Below are positions 38,993 to 50,660 of a stretch of DNA of 64,000 bases, one piece after another. The first letter of the stretch is position 1; each line of letters opens with the position of its first letter. Under the pieces are notes generated by a model. It made no database searches. It was not told the DNA's origin and was given only the letters and a program-made list of their open reading frames with translations. The position numbers were made by a program, and so were the translations under genes. The stretch is from Takakia lepidozioides. Taxonomy: Eukaryota; Plantae; Bryophyta. The stretch lies in the NCBI GenBank assembly GCA_030704615.1, contig CM060733.1, positions 59,768,001-59,832,000 of the forward strand, in the 5' to 3' direction.

Positions 38993-40762
38993 CACCTAGT
39001 TGAACGTACGTTGAACAGACTACCTACCTAAGCTTCTCCTCGTTGATGACAATGCTGTCTTTGGATGAACAGACGTCAGCCACTGCGAATACTGAGAGAG
39101 CGACATGTGGCAAGGCAGCCCGAACTCTGCGTCGTCAGCAAAAGGCGGCGACACGTGCGAATTCAGTTGCCATCGATGCGAAGAATGAACTTGGTTTGTG
39201 AGAAACTCTACCTGGAATGCCAGCACTCCAAGTGGCGATCGCGCACCGGCCAGTTCTCGTGAACGGCTGACCGTGAACCACCTAGTCGGTGAACCTACCC
39301 TAATCTGCGCTTTCAATCGAAGCTGCTCTTGAGGTGAAGGTCTTGTGGTGACTGGATGATTGGTCGGGTTGCAAAGGCGTAACTGAGATCCCTGCCTCGA
39401 ATCAGTCCAATGTAAGATACTAAGCAGTCATTTTGGCTAAGAAGCGTAGATGGCTACAAAATTTGAAGGCTAAGTGCAAAGGTGGCGATGACATAGATGC
39501 TTAGCTAAAAATCAACTGGCTACAGGCTATTTCATTTGCATGCAATATGGCGATTTGAGCCCACTCACAATCTGAAATCTAAAATAATTAATCAAAAAAG
39601 TCCAAAGATGGCCGGCAAAAACCATAGCCTCAATTTCAAATAGCAAGGGTCCAGGTCGTGCTCCATGGCGAGATCTCCACCGTTGATCGCGCAATGGGGC
39701 GACAGCCGCTAGATGTAGGGCTGTGGGGAACGTGTATTTCTTGCGCAACACGCATGTTCCCGTGGAGCTTTGCACCAGCCCGTGCGCGCCCCTATTATCT
39801 GGCACATTTTTTGTTTTTTTTCCCAGGATTTTACATAGGGCTGTCGCAGCCCTTTGTTTTTTATCGCCTTTAGGCTCCGTTTCGCCTAAAAAAGAAGCGC
39901 TGATACTAAGAGCCTTTGTGATGCAAGTACATAAAGGCACGCGCTACTGGACCATCTCCAATAGCAGGGTTTTTTTAAGGATTTTGAAAAGGGGTACGAG
40001 TGGCTATATTATTGGGTGTAGGGTAGTGCAAGTAGGTAATTTTTCTCGAACTATGTATTTCCGCTCTTGTCATATTTGGTGAATCAAATGGATGTTGATG
40101 AGCAATAGAAGGCGAAGTACAGAAATAGCTGAAAGCCATAATAGGCGAATGGAACTCTTTCTATGTGAAAATCACAAGGTAATTGGTACAAATAGTTATG
40201 GCTTATGACATATTTACAAATGCCTCTCATTTTAAGATAATAAAGTCTTCAATGGGCAAGTGCGATGTGGCCGGTGGGCCCCGCGCACGGACGCCCGGCT
40301 CCCCAGCACACCGCCCGCACCCCGCCCGCACCCCGCCCGCCGCTGCGCGCGGTCGCCTAGCCGCGGGCGCGCGGCTACAGCAACCGCGCCCGCGCCCCCG
40401 TCCACCGCGCGGCCAGTTCGCCGCCCATGAGTCCGCTGCCCTCCAGTCTGCCAGTCTGTTGCCCAGCAGTCTGCCAGTCCGCCAGTCCGCTGACCAGTCC
40501 CCTGCCATCCAGTCCGCTGACGGCGCAGGATCGTCACCGTCCATTCCCATAACCCATCCGAGCCCTCCATTTTTAGGGCTGCGAAAATGGCAATGATCTT
40601 TGCCACCAAATCCCGGCCGCTCTCTTTTGACGGCTGTTTGTTGTCCCATGTTGCGGTAGACGTTTTCATGCACGCGTCTGTCCCTTCTGTGAAGAGGTTA
40701 TCAAGGACAAAATCCAACTAAATCGGCATTGTGTTGACACGGGTTGCAAGGAGACTGTTACA

Positions 40763-43700
40763 ATGATTCCACGAGATTTCAAGCCTTGGCCGATACAGAA
40801 AGAAATGTCGATTGTCAAAGAGGCCACAATGCGCTTGCGCGGATCAGTGCTTGATCCCCACACTTTGGAATTAGTCGAAGTGCGTGCACGGTATGGCGTC
40901 CATTCTGGTGGCCCGTCAATGGAGGATTTGCAAGTGCAGGGAACGCCGGACACTGCCAGAAAACGTAAACTGAGTGATGGGGCCCAAAAAAAGGAGAGGC
41001 AAAAAAAGGAGAAGGCTGCAAGGTCTGCTCGCGAGGCAAGGGCAAAATCCACGCAATAGACTGAACCCCGTCCTGGGCGGCAGACCCACACCATCAGTAC
41101 TGATACTGAAAGTGAATCTGCTCAGGGCGGGCAAACCATTATCCGGAATGATGACTTCGAAGGCCTGGAAGGGGTGACAAGTCCAATGGACATTGACTTG
41201 CCTGACCAGACTCGCCAGCAGACTCACACAAATATCGCGACCCATGCCAGAGGTTTAGGGTCAAAACCAAAAATTCAACAGAGCACTGAAGGGCCAGTCT
41301 GCCCTGGCACATTGCGCCTCGTTGACTTTGGGCTTTTCCCACCAGAGTGCCCACCAATTGGGGATCCAGATTTCTTCCGTTATTTCTACAGAGTTGCCCA
41401 GTCAGGTCTGCTAAGCACATTCATCCGACAGGCGGAACAGAACTGGTTGAACAGCTTTGAAGATGAAGATGACGATGATGAAGTAGAGGAGGTAATGGTC
41501 AGTCTGACCGCCCAGTCTGTTCTCTGTGCTGTTTGAGTCCATCATCGGGGTCACGTTGTCTATTCAGTCTGGTCAGTCCGCTGCGTTCTCTCCTCAGTCC
41601 GCTGGCTCACTCCGCTCGTCAGTTAGTCTATTTTATATCGCTGCATTACTTACTGAGTCCGTTTGTCAGTCCGCTGGTCCAGTCAACTGGTACAGTCTAC
41701 TAGTTGCCTCCACCCTACGTACGCACGTTACGTCTGTCAGTCTGCTGGTCTGTGAGTCCAGTCCACTGCATGAGGTGAATATAGAGTCCACGTCCATGTT
41801 CCTAACGTCCAAGTTCTCTGCCGTGTACCAGGATGAACGTGTTTCTATTCGTAGGGCCATTCAGGCTTGGCGGATACCTAGCAATGATGCTCCTTTACAA
41901 GCGACTGCAATACGTGCGGAAGTGGACCACGTGCGAGAGTACATATTATTGAATATCCTGGGTCATCTGCTGCTATAGCGACATTACATATTCAAGACGC
42001 GTCGGGGGGGAATGCGTCTGGGACAACCGAGTCTGTCATCTCCCATGCAGGGCATTCGTCATCCAGCAGACTTCAGCAGCCTGTCATCCAGCAGACTCCA
42101 ACGGAGCAGACTCCCAACGAGCAGCCTGTCATCCTGCAGACTCATCTCCAGGAGCCCATCATGCAGCCCATGCCAATGGGAAGTCCTATCATCCAACAGA
42201 CTGCGGATCAGCAGACTGCCTTTCTCTCACATAGCACGGCGCTTTTTGCAGTTTGGCGATCGCCATCACCGGTAATTCGACCCGGAGCTGAAGACCTCAC
42301 ACTTCCCCGGCTTAAGGTGGGAGAAATTAATCCCCATTTGGATTGGCATAATGAGCTCCACCGGATTGTTGCGGACCACCGGTGGTCATTTGTACCCTTT
42401 CATTATTTCATGGAGTTTTCTATTGAGGAAGCCAACCATGTTCTGGAAGCCGCCTCTGCTGTTGCCATTGAAGCCACAAGCGTCCAAAATGCGCCGCCTC
42501 TACTTGTGCAGCTAATTCTCATGGATGACCCACGGCCTGAAGACCTCAGACATATGCCTATGGCACATCCAACCTTTGGGGTATAAAGAAAGCACTTGTT
42601 CAAATTGACTGAGGAGGACTTTGAGCGCATGGCAGCTTCCTTCCTACAACACAGATAGATGCAATTTGGCAATTTCCGCTCATACAACAAGTTGATGAAG
42701 GATCTGCATAGTTTGAGGATGGACTTACTCCATGGAACAGACCATTCACAGAAGTTTGTGGTGGATGATGCATTGCACTGGTTTGCATTGGTGATGGAGC
42801 GAACAGTATTCGGCATTATTTTGCAGAATCCCAATGTCTTCAAAGTCCTGTGGTGTGGGATCCCAACTGAAGACCGCATCGGCGCCATTGCTCATCTCGA
42901 TGGAGCATGCCTGTGCCGACAAATCAAGGACATTGGCCTCGTTGAAAATCTCTTGGAAGGTAAAATGTTATGGGCAACTTTCATGTTTCAGCTCAATTTC
43001 TTTTGCCAATTTTTTTAGAAGTTCACATTTGCATAAACATGTGTTGCAGGGCGAGTTGATCTGGGAGACAAGCAAGTGCAGGCTACTTTCGACTCTTTTG
43101 CCAGAGGTGCAAGGGACCTTGTCCTGGCTTTATAAGGAGTTCGGGAGACTGTCCAGCAGACTGACCACAAGAATGTCCAACAACATATTCCCCACGGACA
43201 CATGTGGGCAGACTGCCCAAGTGCTGGAGACCGAGCATGTGCACCAGACCGTCCCGGGTAATAGGCCGGATCACTCCCAGTAGACTGCCCCGCACACACA
43301 TACTCAGTATGTGCAAACAGTACTGAGCGGCGAACTTTACAGACTTTGCAGCAGACCGGAGAACAGACCGGCCAACAGACTGCCCCTCAGCCGACTGTAC
43401 AGCAGACCAGCAAACATGGCCACCAGACTGCCCCTCAGCAGACTGTGCAGCAGACCGACGAATCCAGCCAGCAGATTGCCCCTCAGCAGACTGTGCAGCA
43501 CATTGGCGAACCCACTCAGCAGATGGCCGAGCAGACTATCCAGGAGACTAACAGTTCCCTGGATTGTGCAACAGACTCGGATGCACTGGCCTCACCGGGA
43601 CCCTGTGGACGAATTTCTGTTGAGTTCCCAACAACATGTTTTTGGATCTGCCAGTATGAGTGTTTTGACCGAGTCCACTTTTCCCCCAGGCACATTCACT

Positions 43701-46203
43701 GACGACGTCATCAGGTCACTGGTAAAGCATTCTTATCCAGCTCCCCATGGCCTGCCTTCTATGACCTTCCAGCTTAGTCCCGTTTTTGTGCGCTTAGTGG
43801 CGAAAGCGAAAGCCATAGATGAGTCTTACGTGATGACCGAACTCAATCTGGGAACGCAAAACCGTATCATAGATCTTACATAAGAGTCTGAGGAAGCAAT
43901 TGTCGGTGGGTCTTCCATACATTTTCTTGATGTTTCCCAAGTCCATGGAGATCCGAACACCCAGCCGGCTGTCCACCAGACTGACCAACACACTGAACAG
44001 TCGACACATGGAAGGACTGCCGAGCAACCTGTGGCGGGGCAGCATACTGTCTTCATTGATGAGCAGACTAACCAGCAGACTGCACAGGTCACAGATGGAA
44101 GGACTGACCAGGATGGCTCCGAGCGGCAGACTGCACAGCTCAGCTCTGACTACACAGTTTAGACTGCACGGCCTGACCAGCACATTGCACACTTCACAGA
44201 GGGAAGGATTGACGACCAACTTGCCACCGAGCACACTGCCCACATTGAGGAAGAGACTGAACCGCAGAGTTGCCAGCAGACTGCACAGTTCACAGACGAA
44301 ATGACTGACAAAGAACCGGCGGCCGAGCAGACTGCCCACATTGAGCAACAGACTGAACATGCTGGCATGCACACTGACAAGGAACCACATGCGGCGCAGA
44401 CACCGTCTGGTATAGCGCTGGATTACATGGAGTCTGCTCCCTCACCCCTTGGGCAGGTTGTGCCATTTCCTCTTTCAGCACTGTTGTTTATGTTTTAGCA
44501 CATTGTGAAATTGGGCTAATTCGCCATTTTGCTCGGTATCCTCACAGGATGTTCGTCCCTCCGTCGGCAGACTGTCTACTTCTGAGGACATGACATCTTC
44601 CGCCCATGCTGCAAACGTGGGAACGACAACCAAGAAAGGTGTGGGGGTGAGCACGCCCCCCGATGCGCGGGTCAGTTCTACGCATGCGATCCACGAAGCT
44701 GCAAAGACAGGTCCAGCAAGTGTAAACAAACCTGCTGACCAGCCTCTGTTGCGAAGTAGGGCGGCAGCGCTGCGTTTGTCTACTCTATCCAGCCCGCCTA
44801 CAGCTGTCCCTGCTTCCCAGGGGAGAGGCAAAGCCAAGAAGTGGACTGTCGTGGACCCTGCTGAGGAGGTCGAGGAGGGTCCGAGTACCAAGAGACCGGC
44901 GAAGAAAAAGTCTGGCGTCTTTTGAACAAGAACCGCAAGCTGGCCTTAGACATGGACAAAGATGTGGGTTTCCTGGAGCAGCACAGGTGAGTACTGTGCT
45001 CAGTCTCCTCGTCTGTCTTTGTCGTTAAGTGCTTTGCTCTGTTGTGGTCAGTCTACTGCAGGTTTCATCATTGTCTGTTGTGGTTAGTCTTGTCAGTCTG
45101 ATGAACTGTTCAGCCTGTAGAGTGTTTGTACCATGTTGACGTCAATCTGTTTAGTACATGAGGCTTCCCGAAGGATGGTATGCTATGTGCAGGATGGGTG
45201 CTCGGTTTGGCAAAGCACATGATCTGCACGTCAAGGCGGGTAATTCCATGCTGATGTTTTTTGAAGGGGACCCACGGTTTGAATGCGGACTGTCGCTGGA
45301 TGACATAAAGGCGCTCCAGAAGGTTGAGTCGAAGTGCACAGATAGACTCCTGGAGCTGTGGTGTTGATTCTATGAGAAGTCGGTTGAGGCTGCGTTCACC
45401 AACACCATTGTTGTTCTTCCAACGTCGACATGGACGGTGTTGAAGTCATTGGGGGTGGGGCAACGTGAAAGCCTTCTGGAGGAATTGAAAGGTTGCCTCA
45501 GCACTGAACGACTGGGCAATGACTTGAAAGAGTGCGATTTCATTTTGGTGCCAATTGGGGACGAGTAAGAACTCTTCCGAGTCTGCTGAGACTGTCTCCT
45601 GAGTCATAGTCTGGTTTCGCAGTGTCGTCTTGACGCTGAGCGATTAAGTTGACCTCTATATTTGTGCAGTGGACTGGGTTTGAAGATTGAGTCTGCTGAG
45701 TGCTGAGTCTGCTGAATGGTCGGTCTGCTGAGTCTGCCCATCATGGTTGTGCAATGACGCCATGTTGTTTGATACCATTGCAGTGGGCACTGGAGTGTTT
45801 GTATCATCGACCTCCGCAAGGGCTGTTACACTCACCTGAACTCTATCAGGGACTCGCATAGTTGTCCCTTTGTTCTAGGGTGGATTCGGAAGCTTCATGC
45901 TGAGTGCTTAGGGTACTCGATGGACTCACCGGAGTGGCATGAGATTGTCCAAGCATTTCAGTTCCACGCGCCTGATGTGCCCCAGCAACCATTCAGCTGG
46001 GAGAGTGGCTTTTATGTCATGTCATTCATTCAAGTGTTTTATGAGTGGGTAAAAGTCAGAGGAAATGTCTCCAAGACTGCAAAGCCAGAGAGATGAACAC
46101 CTTTCACGACTGGTTTACTTTCAAGTTTGCACTTGGGCAGCGAATGCAGTGTGCCCAGTATATCGTGCGGGGGTTGGACAATGTAGAAAAACTGCTCTCA
46201 TGA
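40763..46203 (+). pseudogene. Decayed multi-exon MULE accessory gene ending in a Ulp1/C48 SUMO-protease-like domain
   Basis: ORFs starting at 40763, 41174, 42161, 42659 and 43346 share one frame and are broken by stops. The C-terminal part reads ECDFILVPIG / GHWSVCIIDL...YTHLNS...VPQQPFSWESGFYVMSF (about 45530-46030). Confidence 0.75.
43346..43545 (+). repeat. 36-bp coding minisatellite (QQTAPQQTVQQT-like)
   Basis: Repeated CAGCAGACTGCCCCTCAGCAGACTGTGCAGCAGACC units. Confidence 0.8.
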
Positions 46204-47286
46204 GTATGATGTACTTGTCATGTGAAGTCTATGTACCGAAATAAAAAATGCGAGTCTTTTCGCTTACTATTCCAGTGGTGATGAACACTTTTGTGTACTG
46301 TGGGTGCTGGCATGTTTTAATGTTGTCACTAAACTCAATGGACACAATGGTGTCAATTTTTCCATGCACTGTGCACCCGAGTCTGCTGAGCTTGAATGTG
46401 CGAGCAGTACGCTGCCAAGGCTAGGACTGGGGGTCTGGTACCTAGTCTGGTAGGCACCATGTCCATGAGTCCGCTGGGACGCTGGATTGGCATGAGTCGT
46501 TAGGGAGGTAGTCCACTAGAGCCTATCCATTTTGAGTCTGCTGTTGTGGATGAGTCTGCTTGAGACTTAGTCTGTCCAGCAGTCTGCTGGAAGAGTTGCA
46601 GGGATGAGGTGGAAGTGTGGTAAGCAGACTTTTGGAGTGGGCAGCAAACTGACCAGCAGATTGGCTTACTGGCGTTTGCAGTCTGTTGACTGTGACTCTG
46701 TTGGGACTGTGCGTGAATCCGTTGGGAGACTATGCTTGGGAGACTGTGTGGGAGTCAGTTGGGAGACTGGAGGAGTTCGTTGGGAGACTATGCAGGAGTC
46801 CATTGTGGGACTCTGCAGCCGTCTGATGAGAGTTTGTGCCGGAGTGTGCTGGGATTGTGGAGACTGGAGGAGTCCGTTGGGAGACTGTGCATGAGTCCAT
46901 TGCGGACTTGTATTTCAGAAAGGGACAATGCTACCAGAGGAATTGCAGACTTATATTGTCTTCTTCGTGACACCTACATGACCTGAAATCTTGTCTCTTT
47001 TCGAGGCATTGCAAACTTATATTGTCTTCTTCGTGACACCTACACGACCTGAAACCTTGCGAATTTTTGAGTATATATGTGCTGCAGGTGCAGGTGCAGA
47101 CACCCTCTTGCTGGTTCTCCGCAAAGAGTGATGAGGTCTGCAGCGGTTCACAATGGGTCTGCCCCTCGGTCTTCCGCAACGTACACATGAAAACATACAA
47201 AAAGGGTCAGCACACCAAATTTTATGTGAATGTTGCATGGTACTATGCTATCATGCTCGTACAAAACATGGAATCGTTCGAATAGT

Positions 47287-48369
47287 ACCTTGTCATGATT
47301 TGTCCCAAAGGTTGCATCACATGCAACGATACGGTTATGTCCTAGTTCCAGCATTCGTCGTTTCTGCCACGGAGTCTGTATGCCAATAGTGAATGTCAAA
47401 TCTCCATCAAAATGCTCAAATGTTGGCTCTAATTTCTCCTCTTGATAGAAAAAAACGGACGCGGGATTCTGGTCTCTCCACATGCGCACACTCTCCGCAT
47501 CATCGGCGTGCTTTTTGAAGGTTTGTCACGCACGTTTCTCGGCAAGGTTGCAAACATCTTACTCCAACAAGAAATCATCGCACTCGACGACCCAGGCTTT
47601 CAATTCCTCGAATGGGGGCATAGGCGTGGCGGCGTGTGTTCCTGAACTCTGCGGACTTCCCATGCGAGGGTTTCCATTGTGCATCTGTATGCTCCATGTT
47701 GTTGTAGTATGTGAGGACACAGATGTCAAGGGCGAGATAACATTGCTGGACCTTGAAACAGCATTGGCAAAGACTCTCCATACTCCGACTTCTTTCTCCT
47801 TGGGCCTTTATAAGGGCAAGATGTTCCAGCACCCACAAGAGGTCCTTCACGCTTTTGTTTTGGATCCTCCACTATTGCCTTGTTGGTGCGCTTGTCATCA
47901 GGACCGTAGCAGCATTGATACCTGGACAGAAAATTCTAAAATCGATATCCAACGTCTTGAGGAAGCATAAAATCAGACAACTCGTGAAACAAAAAATGGC
48001 AACAGACATGCAATGAAACGTCAAAAGGACTGAGGATGGTGCGCACATAATACTGGACAGAAATGTGTTGGCTCTGGGTGCTTTTCGCGAGTTGGGTCCA
48101 CTTTAGAATGGACATTCACCCAAAACTGAGTGGGGTAGTTCTCCAAACTCTCCCTCTCCCAGGACAAAGTCACCAACTCTATCCCAAGGTATGCAGGCCT
48201 TTTCAACATTCACTCGCACACCCATAAACCCATATTGCGTCTCACTCTTCCAATGGAGATCCTTCCTATTGAAGGGTCCTGGTTTTGCTGTTTGCAAACA
48301 TTGTCGAAGAGGCCGTATAAGCGGGCTTTCCGTGATCAGTATATCATCGGGTTTTGCTTCCACGTCCAT
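47287..48369 (-). pseudogene. Truncated MULE transposase (plant SWIM-type family), N-terminal half only
   Basis: ACIPWDRVGDFVLGE, CQCCFKV...ICVLTYYNNMEHTD...HG and SVFFYQ...FTIGIQTPWQKRRMLELGHNRIVACDATFGTN. The sequence stops after the first catalytic D. Confidence 0.85.
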
Positions 48370-50580
48370 GCCCTATCCAGTACAAATGACACGCTTCTGA
48401 ACATGCAAGAGCGCCGCAGTACATGACACGATTGACAACGTGCCAGGAGAACAGTGCGCACGTTCGCGGCTGCTGGCAAGTGGTAGGCGGCAGGGATAAA
48501 GGTTTGAATTGCAGCCCTAAAAATGGAAGGCTCGGATGGGTTATGGGAATGGACGGTGGCGATCCTGCACCGTCAGCGGACTGGATGGCAGGGGACTGGC
48601 GGGAGACTGGCGGACTGGCCAGACTGCTGGCAGCGGAAGCAGCGGACTGGCGGACTGCTGGGCAGCAGACTGGCTAGCACGGGACTGGCAGACTGGAGGG
48701 CAGCGGACTCATGGGCGAGGGACTGGCCGCGTGACGGACGGGGGCGCGGGCGCAGTTGCTGTAGCCGCGCCCGTGGCTGGGCGACCGCGCGCAACGGCGG
48801 GCGGGCGGGCGGGGTGCTAGGGAGCCGGGCATCCGTGCGCGGGGCCCACCAGCCACATCGCACGTGCCCATTGAAGACCCTATTATCTTAAAATGAGAGG
48901 CTTTACAAATAGTGTTATTTGGCACCCCCCCTAAGGCTAGCATATAGACTAGCTCCCAAGCATACAAACCAGCCCCCAAGCACACATACAGATCATGAGA
49001 TATTGACATTGACATTTACCTTGAGGAGGAGTTGAACCTCAGCCCCCATGGGACCCTGCCCAAGGCAGAATAGGTTCCAATTAAACTTGCACCATACTTG
49101 CTAAGATCAAGGAATATAGGCCTGCCATATATTGCAAAGAAATGGAAATATAATTACAATTGCATATAATCACTGGCAGATATAATTTGTTAGAACCATG
49201 GCCTATGTTCAAGATTTCAAGCAAACATTTACACCTTGCAAATCTAGGCAAAGGTGCCTAGATTGCATGCGGCGAGAAGCTTTCCAAGTGCGTAGGCAAG
49301 AGAGGCGACGAGCATCTCCATTGGAAACGGAGGAGGCCCCACAACCCTCAATCCACTCCTCGTCTGGCTCGTCAGATCATCCAGCATGGGGCCCGCCATG
49401 GCCACATCTGTGCTCCCCCCCTTGGGTCCACTGGCGAGGACCTTTATGAGACCCCCCAATTTTTGGCGAAAATTGCCTCTTTTGGACGTCTTTTTCCCTT
49501 TGTTTCATTCGCCAATGGGATTTTCAGGCGGCCAAATGGTAAAAAATCGCCAATAAAAACGCTGTCCAGTAGGAGCTCAGAGGATTGACCCAAAGAGTTG
49601 AAGGCACGGCTGGAAGCTTTATCCCATACCTTTATCAACTGTATATGGCTGTTTTCTTAAAAAAATTGATGGTGCAAAAATGATTCTAGTACATAGTAAG
49701 AGAGTTTCTAATTAGATAGGTTCAGGTTCCAATTTTTTTTTTTCCACAAGATATTTCATTTATTCCAAAAATTGGGGAAAAAAATAAAACCCCTGATACA
49801 CCATGAGGGTAAATTTTTAATTTGTAAGGGGGCCTGCTTGCAGAGCCCACCAAAAGGAGGCGTAATAAAATGGAACCCTTACCCTCCATATATAGTCATT
49901 GGAGGCTGTGGTCGAGCCTTCTAGAAGGGGCCACCGCTGCTTATGGAAGGTGGGCCCCATCCCATCCTCTATATAAAAAACCCGTGTCTACCTCCCATGG
50001 ACCCCTACCCCCCTACTTCTATGCGTACAGGTGTGTGCAGCCTGTGGAGCCATTTCCCTCCTCTCCAAGCCTCCCTTCGGCCGCACTGATTGGCTCTTCC
50101 CACAGTGTCGGGTCACCTGACCTTCAACTCTCCCCACAATTGATCGTGGGTATTATTTGGGTAAGGTGGTTTGGGGAGGGGGGGAGTCGGCCACTGTCGG
50201 ATCCCAACCCTGTCGTGGTGCCCTCCGTCCCGGTCCATAATGTCGATTAAAAGATTGAAGCGTACATAGCTGGAAAGCGGTGGGCATCGTCGTGGTTGGG
50301 TGTGATGAAAGATAATGTTGTGGTCTGGGATTCAGTCCCCGAAAGGTTTGGCACATTGGATGATTAAACAATCTAACCACTATATATTCTTTCATCTCCA
50401 ACTCTACGTGATACCCACTCCACTCCCTGGTCCCCTCTCCCGCATATAGAACCTTGCTGATAGGGGTTAGAGGAGTAGGGTCCAGGACAGGGGATGAGGA
50501 AGGTGGGAGTAAGAGGGAGTGATTGGACTGGCTGTCGGAAATTGGTTGGGTAACAAGGTTACATATATATATATATAAAG

Positions 50581-50660
50581 CAGTGTTTTTAAATCTGGCA
50601 AAAAATCGTCAGATTTCGACTTGGAAAATGGTTCAGCTACTTTTACAAAGGAATAATATC
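50581..50660 (+). mobile_element. Truncated left end of the hAT MITE family
   Basis: CAGTGTTTTT...GGCAAAAAATCGTCAGATTTCGACTTGGAAAATGGTTCAGCTACTT closely matches 6298-6380. Confidence 0.7.

Larger units (their letters stand above)
40222..48901. mobile_element. Mutator-like element (MULE), 8.68 kb, with long TIRs and a Ulp1-domain cargo gene
   Basis: GC-rich TIRs of about 370-390 bp (40222-about 40590 and about 48509-48901) beginning GCCTCTCATTTTAAGATAATA. Perfect 9-bp TSD TTTACAAAT at 40213-40221 and 48902-48910. Confidence 0.95.

Noticed and set aside
40183-40717. Overlapping 137-161 aa ORFs here and at 48523-49015
   Set aside because: They are stop-poor artefacts of the GC-rich MULE TIRs.
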